A stretch of 64,000 nucleotides of DNA, from assembly GCA_045863235.1 (NCBI GenBank), contig BTUM01000023.1, positions 1 through 64,000 on the forward strand, in the 5' to 3' direction. Origin of the DNA: Candidatus Xenobia bacterium (GTDB taxonomy: Bacteria; Vulcanimicrobiota; Xenobia; Xenobiales; QWHO01). A program made the translations under genes and the position numbers. Of this stretch, positions 1 to 9,206 are shown in pieces (position 1 is the stretch's first letter; each line of letters begins with the position of its first letter). The notes under the pieces were generated by a model, which searched no databases, was not told the DNA's origin, and saw nothing but the letters and a program-made list of their open reading frames with translations.

Positions 1-144
1 CCGAGGCAGGGGCGCCCGAGGCATTCGAGGCGGTGGCTGGCGAGCCGACCGAGGCAGGGGCGCCCGAGGCATTCGAGGCGGGGGCTGGCGAGCTGACCGA
101 GGCAGGGGCCCCCGAGGCATTCGAGGCGAGGGCTGGCGGGCTGG
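1..144 (+). repeat. 48-bp coding tandem repeat, about 3 copies (TEAGAPEAFEAxAGEx)
   Basis: ccgaggcaggggc(g/c)cccgaggcattcgaggcg starts at 1, 49 and 97. Confidence 0.9.
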
Positions 145-1283
145 CCACGACTCTCGAACGGGTCGAGCACTCCAGCCAGCTTGAGGAATTGGAATCTGCG
201 TCCCCCGAGGACGTGTTTGAGGACGAAGAAGGAGACGCCATGATCGCATCGGAGCCGAGAATCGACGATCGTTGGGGCCCACTGGTGGGGGCCGTGCTCA
301 AGTCCGGGACGGCGCAGGAGCTGCTGTTAAGCCTTCCACGCCCTCAAGACACGCGCGAGTCTCTGGAGAAGATGAGCCAGTTGGCCCGTCGTCTGGAGCT
401 GGCCGGCCGTCCCCAGGAGGCGGCCCTGGTGGCGCTCCGTCGCATCGAGATCGAGGACGGTCCTCAGGCACGCCACGAGCTGATGCGGATCCTGCAGCTC
501 TGGAGCCAGAGCATGACCGAGGTCGATCTGATCGAGGAAGTCTCGCGACAGTCCGGCCAGCAGAAGCAGCCTGAGAAAGCGCCTGAGCCAGCCCCCAGGT
601 CGGGGCCTCCGTCCTCCCCCATGCCCAGAGCCGGGATCAAGCCGCCCAGTCGCTTTGAGGTCAAGCCACCCACTCGGGCCGAGGCGAAACCCCCGAGCAT
701 CCAGGAGAAGCCTCTGACCGAGGCCGAGAAAGCTCCGATGGTGGAAGAGAAAGCTCCGGCGGTGGAAGAGAGAGCTCCGGCGGTGGAAGAGCAAGCTCCG
801 GTGGTGGAAGAGAAAGCTCCGACCCTGGAAGAGAAGGCTCCCGTTCCGGAAGCCACGGTCGCTCCCACTCCCACTCCTGCGCCCGCCGCGCAACGCCCGG
901 CTCTCTCGGACGTGGCCCGTCACGCGGATGACAGCCACGATCTTGACGAGCTGCGCGAGCAACTCTTCCAACACCCCACTGACGCCGCTCTGCGGGCCCG
1001 GGCTATCGAGCTGCTGGGGCAGGACCCTTCAGGCCTGGTCCGGTTCTATCGCGAGATCTCGGCCCGCCTGCCCGAAAGCGCTCCCCACCTGCTCAATGTG
1101 GCCCGGGCTTACGTGCACAGCCAGCAAGACCAGCTGGCCGTGCTCAACTTCCAGAAGGCCCTGAAGCTGGAGGCTACCGCCGAGGGCTACCACGAGTTGT
1201 CTCAGGTCTACGTGCGGCTGGGCAAGAACGAGCTCGCCAGCAAGACCGCCGAGAAGGCCCGCGAGCTGGAAGCGGGCGGATAG
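1..1283 (+). CDS. TPR-containing protein with Pro/Ala/Glu-rich repeats (5' partial)
   Basis: Frame open from window start; C-terminal TPR-like helices (LLNVARAYVHSQQDQLAVLNFQKALKLE; GYHELSQVYVRLGKNELA). Confidence 0.65.
   Translation, partial: EAGAPEAFEAVAGEPTEAGAPEAFEAGAGELTEAGAPEAFEARAGGLATTLERVEHSSQLEELESASPEDVFEDEEGDAMIASEPRIDDRWGPLVGAVLKSGTAQELLLSLPRPQDTRESLEKMSQLARRLELAGRPQEAALVALRRIEIEDGPQARHELMRILQLWSQSMTEVDLIEEVSRQSGQQKQPEKAPEPAPRSGPPSSPMPRAGIKPPSRFEVKPPTRAEAKPPSIQEKPLTEAEKAPMVEEKAPAVEERAPAVEEQAPVVEEKAPTLEEKAPVPEATVAPTPTPAPAAQRPALSDVARHADDSHDLDELREQLFQHPTDAALRARAIELLGQDPSGLVRFYREISARLPESAPHLLNVARAYVHSQQDQLAVLNFQKALKLEATAEGYHELSQVYVRLGKNELASKTAEKARELEAGG
726..851 (+). repeat. 21-bp coding tandem repeat, 6 copies (E[KRQ]APxxE)
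   Basis: EKAPMVE EKAPAVE ERAPAVE EQAPVVE EKAPTLE EKAPVPE. Confidence 0.9.
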
Positions 1284-1418
1284 TTTCGTCCTGAAAGCCG
1301 GAGAGTGCCCCCCGTGCTGCCGGAGTGGTCGTGCTCTGGCTCGCTTTCAAAGACTTTTCAGCTCCCCTGGATAGGCTCCTCAGGAAAACCACATGACGAT
1401 TCTGAGGGGAGATTCCAC

Positions 1419-2054
1419 ATGATCAACACCCAGTCAGCTATTTCCGCAAACTACGTCGTCAGCTCCGCAGGCTCGCAGGCCAGGCCCGAGCAGCCAGCCG
1501 AGCTTCCTCGTGAGTCCTTCGAGGGGCCCCGCGCGGGGTTCGAGCCCTGGATCGGCCCGGGCAAGCCCGGTCATCCCGAGCCGGCTATTTGTCCGAAGCC
1601 CGGGATTTCCCCCGGTCCGGACTCCGGTCCCACCGTTGGCATTGAGCCCTGGCTCAGCGGCGAGCCCACCACCGACCCCCAGGTTGGCTCCAAGTTTGCC
1701 GACAAGCTGGTGCGGACCTTCGGCGAGCAGGCTTTGCTCTCCATTGACGATTCCCGCATCCACGGCTGCGAAGGCTACTACTTCAAAGGCTGGGAGAGCG
1801 TCGGCGGGGACGACTTCATCAAGGGCGTCACCCTGGGCCGCCTGGGCGAGGGCTGGGAGATGGTCGACTTTGGCAGCTACGAGCTGAAGTCGGGCAACGT
1901 CGGCCAGCGCCTCACCTTCGACATGGCCAACCGCCAGACCGTGCTCGAGAGCTACTACGAGGAGAATCGCTACGACACCACTCGCTTCAGTGAGATTCTC
2001 CGCCGCGACGAGGACGGCAGCATGCGCCGCGAGACTCCCCCCGCCGGGCTCTAG
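1419..2054 (+). CDS. hypothetical protein, Pro-rich N-terminus
   Basis: ATG at 1419 after GAGGGGAG; host-like codon bias. Confidence 0.6.
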   Translation: MINTQSAISANYVVSSAGSQARPEQPAELPRESFEGPRAGFEPWIGPGKPGHPEPAICPKPGISPGPDSGPTVGIEPWLSGEPTTDPQVGSKFADKLVRTFGEQALLSIDDSRIHGCEGYYFKGWESVGGDDFIKGVTLGRLGEGWEMVDFGSYELKSGNVGQRLTFDMANRQTVLESYYEENRYDTTRFSEILRRDEDGSMRRETPPAGL

Positions 2055-2269
2055 CAGGCCGAGGCATAGCTCCTCCGCCGCCACCCGGCCAGCTGACCCC
2101 GACCCACCCGGGCCGGGGTCAGCTCGCGTCTGTGCAAGAACACACGGTAAACCAGTCGCGCCGCAGCTCAGACCTACCGGCTCGCGCCTGCGAACTGGCG
2201 TTCTCCATTCGTTGCGTCGCGAGATTTTCATAACCCAGCAACCCCCCTGAGCCATCCCGAGAGTATGCT

Positions 2270-4915
2270 GTGGCCACGATGGTCCGGCTTTCCTCGCTGC
2301 TGATCACTCTGGCCTGGTGGGGCTACCGGCGTAGCCGCCTGAGCCTGCTGGTTACAATCGTGATCCTGGCCTCGATCCTGGCCCTGCTGCCCACCCACCG
2401 GTGGGGCGCCCCCCTGAGCGACCTGCTCCCTCCCAGCGACCCCGACCGCATTCGCCTGGAAGAGCTTACCCGCCAGGTCGGCCCCTCGCAAGATCTGGTG
2501 GTGCTGGTGCGCGGGCTGGAAGCGGCCCAGCGCAAAGCTTACATCGACCGACTGGCGCGCCAGCTGCGCCAAGACCCCGAGCGCTACGACCTGGTGCTGG
2601 CCCGGCTCGATCTGGCCTTCTTGCGTCCCACCCTGCTCTACTATCTGGGCCTGACCGAGCTCACCGCCCTGGAGCAGGCCACTCGCAACCTGCGCCCCCT
2701 GGTGACCCATCCCGAGCAGGCCCTCGGCTCGGACGCGCCCCCAAATCCCAATCTCCTCAAGCTGGCCGGCCACTACCTTGGCCAGCTCGAGACCAGCCTC
2801 AAGACCCGCGGACGCTTTCAGTTCCAGTCGCCGATGTGGAGCTTCGCCGACCCGGGCCAGCTCGACCCCCGCGCCTTGCGCCTGTTCCAGGGCCAGCCGG
2901 TGCTGCACTACACCACCCTCGACAGGGGCGAGGTGCACGTGCTGCTGGTGCGTCCTGGCCGGTTGGGACAGGATACGGCTCTGCTCGGGTTGCGCTACGA
3001 GGCCAGCCGCATCGCTCGCCAGATCCCGGGCATCCGAGCCGACGTGACAGGCGTTGCGGCCCTTCTGCGCGAGCAGAGCCGGGGAATGCTGAGCGACCTG
3101 TCCCGGGCCGGAATGCTGGCTCTGGGTGCCCTGCTGGTTCTGTTCGGGCTGGTTTACCGCGATCTCTACCGCCCCCTGGTGGGGGGCTTCGCCAGCTTGC
3201 TGGGAGCGGTCTTCCTGTTCATGCTGCTGGCTCCCAATGCGATGCCGGCGGCCGTGGGCGGCCTGGTGGGCTGGCTGACGGGTCTCTGCTTTGCGCTGCG
3301 CCTGGCCTGCAGCTACTCCGAGCAGCGCCGCAAGGGGAGCTTCCCTCTCAACGCCTGGCGCACCGCCATGCTGGGCCCGGGGAAAGGCTACGTGGGTGCC
3401 GTCGTGACGCTGGGGACGGCCTTCCTTGCCCTGCTCCTGACCGGCTTCCCCGGCGCCATGGAGATCGGTCTGGGGGGCGCCATCGCTTTGCTCGGCTCGT
3501 TGTTGGGCACGCTGGTGCTGCTGCCAGGCTTCCTGGGCCTGTACGACCCGAATCCCACCAACCTTCCCGCCCTCACCGACGAGCGACTGCGCCGGGTCGT
3601 GCACCGGGTGCGCCGCCAGCGCCACGGCGCCACCCTGGCTGCCGGACTGCTCCTGAGCCTGGGAGCCCTGACCGCCCTGACCCAGGGCTCGACCTACCTC
3701 AACGACGATCCGGTGCTGGTGATCGACTCCAGCTTGCCGGCGGCGGCCTCGGTGCTGCAACTCGAGCGCAATGGCCACAGCTGCCTCCACGCCACCGTCC
3801 TGGCCCGCGATGCCGAGCACGCCCGCCAGATCAGCCAGGCCTTCAAGGCTCAGCCGCTGGTCGGCAGGGTGGACTCGCTGGCCAGCCTGCTGCCTCCCGA
3901 AGCCGAGGCCAAGGCCCCGCTGGTGGGCGCCATTCGCCAGAACGTGGCCGGTCTGAAGCTGCCCGCCCCGCGCTCGGAGTGGCCGGCCGAGCAGATGCTC
4001 GACCTGGCGGCGCTGGCTGCGAAGTTCGAAGCCCGGGTACGCCAGCTCTCTCCTCACAACCCCGAGCTGGCCGCCGACATCCTGACCCGCATGGCCGCCC
4101 TCAAAACGACCATTCCCAGGCTGGGCCCCGGTCCGCTGGAGGACGGGCTACTGGCTTTCGAGCAGGCCTGCCGGGCCGACCTCTCCAATCTTTTGACCTT
4201 GCTGAGCCGGCAGACCCCGGTGGCGCCCACGGCCCGCTCTCTCCCCAACGAGCTGCAGGTCCGCGGCATGAGTGAGGCCGGACAGCTGGTCGTGCGCATC
4301 TATCCCAGACAGGCCGGCTATGAGCCCGAAGATGCGGCCGCCTTCGTGGCCAGCCTGAAGTCGGTCGATCCCGAGGTCACCGGGCCGGCGGTGCTGCTGG
4401 CCCGGCTGGGCGAGCAGGCCCGGCGCGTCTCCTCCGCTGCGGCGGGCTTCGTCTGGCTGACCTTGCTGATGGTCCTCATCCTGCGGCTGAGGTCGTTCTG
4501 GAGCGCCCTCGTGGCCATGCTTCCCCCCACTCTGGCCTGGTTCTGGACGGCCGGGTTCCTGGCTCTGTGCCAGGTCCCGCTCAATCTGCTCACCTTCCTC
4601 TTTCCTCCCGTGCTGCTGGGCCTGGGAGCTACCCTGGCGGTGGAGAGCCAGCGTCGTCGCAGCGCCAGGGGAGGCCGCCCCCTGCTCATGGGGGTGCTGG
4701 CTGTGGCGCTGGTGGCGGGCAGCCTGGGCGTCTCGGCCAATCCGGCCCTGGCCAGCCTGGGCCTCGTCCTTTCGGTAAGTCTGCTGGCCAACTGGCTGGC
4801 TGCTGCCTCCCTGCCGCCCTCGCGGGCCCGCGCCCGCTCGCGCGTCAAGCTGGTCCACCGGGTCCGCCCGCCGCGGGTGGCCACTCTGCCTCAGTCCCTG
4901 TCAGCTCGAAGCTAG
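2270..4915 (+). CDS. MMPL/RND-family membrane transporter (HpnN-like architecture)
   Basis: Two TM clusters each after a large soluble loop; LSDLLP, ADVTGVAAL, VDPEVTGPAV, VPLNLLTF segments. Confidence 0.7.
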   Translation: MATMVRLSSLLITLAWWGYRRSRLSLLVTIVILASILALLPTHRWGAPLSDLLPPSDPDRIRLEELTRQVGPSQDLVVLVRGLEAAQRKAYIDRLARQLRQDPERYDLVLARLDLAFLRPTLLYYLGLTELTALEQATRNLRPLVTHPEQALGSDAPPNPNLLKLAGHYLGQLETSLKTRGRFQFQSPMWSFADPGQLDPRALRLFQGQPVLHYTTLDRGEVHVLLVRPGRLGQDTALLGLRYEASRIARQIPGIRADVTGVAALLREQSRGMLSDLSRAGMLALGALLVLFGLVYRDLYRPLVGGFASLLGAVFLFMLLAPNAMPAAVGGLVGWLTGLCFALRLACSYSEQRRKGSFPLNAWRTAMLGPGKGYVGAVVTLGTAFLALLLTGFPGAMEIGLGGAIALLGSLLGTLVLLPGFLGLYDPNPTNLPALTDERLRRVVHRVRRQRHGATLAAGLLLSLGALTALTQGSTYLNDDPVLVIDSSLPAAASVLQLERNGHSCLHATVLARDAEHARQISQAFKAQPLVGRVDSLASLLPPEAEAKAPLVGAIRQNVAGLKLPAPRSEWPAEQMLDLAALAAKFEARVRQLSPHNPELAADILTRMAALKTTIPRLGPGPLEDGLLAFEQACRADLSNLLTLLSRQTPVAPTARSLPNELQVRGMSEAGQLVVRIYPRQAGYEPEDAAAFVASLKSVDPEVTGPAVLLARLGEQARRVSSAAAGFVWLTLLMVLILRLRSFWSALVAMLPPTLAWFWTAGFLALCQVPLNLLTFLFPPVLLGLGATLAVESQRRRSARGGRPLLMGVLAVALVAGSLGVSANPALASLGLVLSVSLLANWLAAASLPPSRARARSRVKLVHRVRPPRVATLPQSLSARS

Positions 4916-5604
4916 CAGTACTCGATCCACGCGCCCTCGCTGTTGCGCAGCTCGTAGGGCTTGAAGTTGGCCTTGTAGTTCATGGAGGGACAGTCGCGCA
5001 CGAACAGTCCCAGGTAGAGGTGCTCGCGCCCGGTCTGACGGCAGAACTCCACTTCCTTGAGCAAGCTGAAAGCCCCCAGGCGCCGCTCCGGAAAGTCGAA
5101 GTGCCAGGCGAACATATAGCTGTAGGCTGACCTGGGGGTGGGGTCGAGCACCCCGAACCCGGCCATGCGCCCCTCCAACCAGTAGGTGAACATGGCCGAA
5201 AAGCCATAGTGGCACTCGAGCAGGAACTGGAAGTAGTTCTCGTTGGGGGGCTGCGAGTTCGGGAAGCGGCGCAGCATGAACTGCAGGTAGAGATCGTAAG
5301 CCTCTTTGGTGTAATGGGGAGGACCGATGCGCACTTCCACGTCCTGGTTGCGTTTCCAGACCTGGCGCTGGGTACGGCTGGGACGGTAGCGCAGCACATC
5401 CAGGCGGATGGGCACGCACTCGGTGCAACCCCGGCAACTGGGCACGTAGAGCGACTGCCCGAAGCGCTGGTAGCCCTGGTCAAAGAAGGGCTCGAGCTCC
5501 TCGGGGGCGATCTCCTCCACGTGCATGGCGGCCGAGTGCCACCACCGGTTGGCCAGGTAGGGGCACGAGCCGCAGTCCACCAGGTTGACGTCCGAGCGCT
5601 TCAC
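4912..5604 (-). CDS. ATE/Bpt-family aminoacyl-tRNA-protein transferase
   Basis: CPYL, GYQRFGQSLYVPSCRGCTECVPIR, LYLGLFVRDCPSMNYKANFKPYE; GTG start overlaps upstream TGA. Confidence 0.85.
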   Translation of the reverse strand: MKRSDVNLVDCGSCPYLANRWWHSAAMHVEEIAPEELEPFFDQGYQRFGQSLYVPSCRGCTECVPIRLDVLRYRPSRTQRQVWKRNQDVEVRIGPPHYTKEAYDLYLQFMLRRFPNSQPPNENYFQFLLECHYGFSAMFTYWLEGRMAGFGVLDPTPRSAYSYMFAWHFDFPERRLGAFSLLKEVEFCRQTGREHLYLGLFVRDCPSMNYKANFKPYELRNSEGAWIEYC

Positions 5605-6398
5605 CTGGCGACCCAGCGTCCCCCTTCGAGGCTGTATTCCTCGGTGTACTGCTCGTTGTCGGCGGGCGAGACCTGGCGCTTGACCTTCCAGGTGCCACCC
5701 TCGTTGACGAAGGTCCACTTCTCGTCGAACTTGTCGTCGCGGTCCAGGTCGAGCTTGGCCCGGTTGACGCCCTGGCCGGGGTTGTCTTGATACAAGTTGA
5801 CCTTGACCGAGCCGGACAGAGCGTCTTTCACCTTGTCGCCGGAGATCTTCTGGCCGGCCTTGTCGAGGATGGCCTGATCGAAGCTGCGCAAGGCTCCGGG
5901 CCCGGCCTGGGTGGCCGTGGCCACGGGGGCGCTTTCCCCCTCCTGCACCCAGCCGTCGTCGGTCAGGGTGAACTCCAGGTCGTAGGTCTTGTCATCGTCG
6001 GAGGAGGAAACCTGGCGCTTGACCGCGCCGTCCTTGTGGGTCCACTTCTCATCCCACTTGTCGTCGCGGTCCAGGTCGAGCTTGGCCCGATTGATGCCGA
6101 CCTTCTTGTCGTCTTGATACAGGTTGACCTTGACGTCCCCGGGAAAGGCGTCTTGCAGCTTGGAGTCATCGATCTGCTGGCCCATCTTGCCGATGATCTT
6201 CGAGTGCAGCGGCGTGAGCGCGTTGCCCACCGGGGCGCTGGTGGAGGTGGCGCTGACCTGGCTGACCTCGGTTTGAGCCGGGGGGACGGAGTCGGGGGTG
6301 CGACTGGCGGTGAGCATGCGCACGCACCCGTAGCAGGCCCCGCCCAGCAACAGGATGCCGCCCGCGATCACGATCCGCATGAAGGTCTTGAATTTCAT
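5601..6398 (-). CDS. membrane-anchored protein with a tandemly duplicated domain
   Basis: N-terminal hydrophobic segment; two copies of VKVNLYQD..G.NRAKLDLDRDDK[WF]DEKWT..VKRQVS. Confidence 0.8.
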   Translation of the reverse strand: MKFKTFMRIVIAGGILLLGGACYGCVRMLTASRTPDSVPPAQTEVSQVSATSTSAPVGNALTPLHSKIIGKMGQQIDDSKLQDAFPGDVKVNLYQDDKKVGINRAKLDLDRDDKWDEKWTHKDGAVKRQVSSSDDDKTYDLEFTLTDDGWVQEGESAPVATATQAGPGALRSFDQAILDKAGQKISGDKVKDALSGSVKVNLYQDNPGQGVNRAKLDLDRDDKFDEKWTFVNEGGTWKVKRQVSPADNEQYTEEYSLEGGRWVAR

Positions 6399-7303
6399 CC
6401 GCCCACCTCACTTGTCATGACTTCACTGCGCGCTTCGCTTGCGCGTGGCATCATCCCCCGGTCGATCGGCACGGTGCAGTTGCAGTAGGCATATCGACAG
6501 GGAGCGGGATGCTCGGCCAGCTCAAAGCTCTCCTCGAGAAAGCTGCCCATCCTCTCGAGCTTGTAGCGCCGGGCCGGGTAGCAGCGAAAGGCCTGGCCCT
6601 GGTCGTCTAAAATGAAGTAGCGGCTGCCCGACCAGCAGGGCCGTCCCTGAAAGTCGAAGGCCAGCTCGCCGGTCAGATTGTGGCCGCCCAGCTTGAGGAT
6701 CTGCTCACGCTCGTGGGGCTCGTAAGCGATCAGGTCGCGGTTCTGCTTCTCGGGCTGGACTTTGAAGGTCAACCCGGCCTGGCGAAAGCGCAGCGCCAGG
6801 CCCTCGAGCTGGCCGAGCCGCTCGCGGGTGGCCACGCTGGTGACGCACAGGTGGGGCCGGGGCAGAGACGGATCGGCCCGCTGCGCCATCAGGTCGGAAA
6901 GCCACAGGGCCTTGTCCAGGAACTCGCCCAGCTCGCTCACATACTCAAGGTGCAGGCTGCACGAGAAGATCCCCAGCCGGCCGCGGCAAGCCTCCACGAA
7001 CTCGGAGAGCCGGGCTCGCGAGGCCGAGAAGTTGGTCACCACCGAGATGCGGTGCCCCAACCCCGCCAGGCCCTCCACAATTTCGTTCAGGGTGGGGTGA
7101 ACGAAGGGCTCGCCGCCCGAGAGCTTGATCTCCCAGCGCCCCGGCAGGCGGGCGAAGGCGGCCAGGAAGCGGGGCGTGTCGCGGCTCCAGCGGCCGCGGT
7201 CCTCCTTGAAGCGCTGGGTGCAGTAGCTGCAGCGGTAGTTGCAGGCGGTGTTGATGTTCCAGCTGATCACCCCCTCGGCGGGGCGCGGCGTGGCCGTCAT
7301 CAC
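6395..7303 (-). CDS. radical SAM protein with Cys-rich C-terminus (twitch/SPASM-like)
   Basis: CNYRCSYC, SGGEPF; C-terminal CWSG..FRC..PCRYAYCNC. Confidence 0.9.
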   Translation of the reverse strand: MMTATPRPAEGVISWNINTACNYRCSYCTQRFKEDRGRWSRDTPRFLAAFARLPGRWEIKLSGGEPFVHPTLNEIVEGLAGLGHRISVVTNFSASRARLSEFVEACRGRLGIFSCSLHLEYVSELGEFLDKALWLSDLMAQRADPSLPRPHLCVTSVATRERLGQLEGLALRFRQAGLTFKVQPEKQNRDLIAYEPHEREQILKLGGHNLTGELAFDFQGRPCWSGSRYFILDDQGQAFRCYPARRYKLERMGSFLEESFELAEHPAPCRYAYCNCTVPIDRGMMPRASEARSEVMTSEVGG

Positions 7304-8154
7304 TCCGGTACCCCTTCGATCATGCCCCGGTTGGCCGGCGTGGTGCAGGGGCAGATGTCGTAGGGGCAGGGAAGGGCAGCCGTCTTGCGCTGCACGGTGC
7401 CGGCCAGCACATTGCCGAGATACCCCTCCTGGTAGCGGCGCGCGGTGCGGCAGCTGAAGGCGTCGCCGTTCTGGAGCACCACGAAGTAGTCGGCCCCCGC
7501 CCAGCAGCGCTTGCCACGGTAGCTGGGGGCCAGATTGGCTTTCGTGGGGTCGGGCAAAAAGCCCAGCAGTGCTTCGACGGCAGTGGTCTCCTCAGGAGAG
7601 TATTCGACCTTGCCTTGGCCTACCTTCATCCACTGGGGAAAAAACTTGAGCCCGTGCTCCTCCACCACCTGGCGGGCCTGGCTGACCGCATCCATTCGGC
7701 CCGGCACCAGCACGGAGTTGACCACCAGCCGGGCCTGGGGATCCATCCACTGGCGAAGCTGCCAGGCTTTGGCGGCGAATTCCTCGGCGCTGGTGTGCTC
7801 CAGGTGCAGACTGGCGCTGACGATCCCCAGCCGGCCTCGGGTGAGCTGCGCGAAGCGCTCCAGAATGCCCAGCGGGGCCGACAGGTTGGTCAGGGTCGAG
7901 ATGCGGTGGGGCGTGCGCTCCACCAGTCCCGGGATGATCCGCTCCATGTAGCCCTTGAAGGCAAACGGCTCCCCCCCGGTCATCTTGATCTCCCAGACCC
8001 CCGGCAGCTCCTGGAAGAACTGCAGGAAGCGCTCCACCTCCTCGGGGGAGGGGTGCCCCACGCGGTGTTTCTTCTTCTGGATGCAGTAGCTGCAGTCATA
8101 GTTGCACACGCCGCACACCTGCCACTCGATGGTGCTCTGGCGCTTCAGCGGCAT
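7300..8154 (-). CDS. radical SAM protein with Cys-rich C-terminus (paralog of 6395..7303)
   Basis: CNYDCSYC, TGGEPF; CWAG..FSC..PCPYDICPC; ATG at 8154 after GGAGG. Confidence 0.9.
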   Translation of the reverse strand: MPLKRQSTIEWQVCGVCNYDCSYCIQKKKHRVGHPSPEEVERFLQFFQELPGVWEIKMTGGEPFAFKGYMERIIPGLVERTPHRISTLTNLSAPLGILERFAQLTRGRLGIVSASLHLEHTSAEEFAAKAWQLRQWMDPQARLVVNSVLVPGRMDAVSQARQVVEEHGLKFFPQWMKVGQGKVEYSPEETTAVEALLGFLPDPTKANLAPSYRGKRCWAGADYFVVLQNGDAFSCRTARRYQEGYLGNVLAGTVQRKTAALPCPYDICPCTTPANRGMIEGVPE

Positions 8155-9206
8155 CCGGTCACCTCCCGGCGGCGCTCCTCGCCGTAGGCGCGGGCAAAGC
8201 GGGCGGCCAGCTTGACGTTCTGGTTGAGCTTGCCGCACTGCTGGCAACCGGAGAAATACTCCCCCCGGCGCAGGCGCGAGCGCAGGGCGTTCCACTCGGG
8301 GCCGTTCCAGAGCTCGGAAAAGCGCCCCAGCTTGCCCACCCGGACCTCGACGTTGCAGCAGTAAAGCACGGTGCCGTCCACCAGCACCCGCGAGTAATAG
8401 TGGCCCATGTAGCAGCCGATGCGGGCGATGTCGGCGGTGCGCTCTCCGCCGGCGGCCAACTGGCCCGCGAAGACCTCCAGGTTGGTGTCCACCCCCAGCT
8501 CACGAGCCCGCTCCACCGCCCGCGGCACCAGCTCGGCCAGAAGCGAGCGCTGCGAGTCGGTGACGCGGACCGCCTCGGTGCCGTCTTTCAGGCTGGCCAG
8601 CTTGAAGTTGACCGAGTGGGCCCGGGTACGGTGGGCCAGCTCCACCATCTCCACCAGCTCATGGGCGTTGTGCCGGCAGATGACCTGCACCTGCTTGTAG
8701 CGGCGTCCCGCTTCGGCAAAGCGCTCCAGCATGGCCAGCAGGCGCTCCCACTCGTCGGTCTGGAAGCTGGGGTGGAAGGCCTGGTAGCTCTCCTTGCTGG
8801 CCCCCTGCACCCCGATCAGGAGCTGATCCACCCCCAGCTCGAGGATGCGCTCGGGGTCGGCGGCGATCAGGTTGGTGATGATGGTCAGGTGCAGCCCGCG
8901 AGCCTTGACGGCCGCGATCATCTGGTGGATGTCGGGATGGGTGAAGGGCTCGCCCATGCCGCTCAGGATGACGGCTTTCAGCCCGCCCAGGCTCCGGATG
9001 TCGTCGAGCAGCTCGATCAGGGCCCCGGCCTCGACCCGGTTGCGCTTCCAGGCGGCGCTGCGCGTTTTGCGCAGGTGGGGGGAGTGGTCCCAGCAGGTCA
9101 CACAGTTCGTGTTGCAGCCGTTGGTGACGTCCAGGTGGACCGACTCGGGCCCGATCAGCACCCGGTCTTCCTGCAGACCCTGCAAGCGCAGGTCTAGGCC
9201 GGGCAT
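8145..9206 (-). CDS. radical SAM/SPASM-twitch protein
   Basis: CNTNCVTC, SGMGEPF; CYMG..DGTVLYCC..FSELWNG..CQQC; ATG at 9206. Confidence 0.9.
   Translation of the reverse strand: MPGLDLRLQGLQEDRVLIGPESVHLDVTNGCNTNCVTCWDHSPHLRKTRSAAWKRNRVEAGALIELLDDIRSLGGLKAVILSGMGEPFTHPDIHQMIAAVKARGLHLTIITNLIAADPERILELGVDQLLIGVQGASKESYQAFHPSFQTDEWERLLAMLERFAEAGRRYKQVQVICRHNAHELVEMVELAHRTRAHSVNFKLASLKDGTEAVRVTDSQRSLLAELVPRAVERARELGVDTNLEVFAGQLAAGGERTADIARIGCYMGHYYSRVLVDGTVLYCCNVEVRVGKLGRFSELWNGPEWNALRSRLRRGEYFSGCQQCGKLNQNVKLAARFARAYGEERRREVTGCR

Noticed and set aside
6395..8154. Prokaryotic viperin call for the radical SAM pair
   Set aside because: N-terminal W..CNYxC is superficially similar, but the Cys-rich C-termini are not viperin-like; cannot support without a profile search
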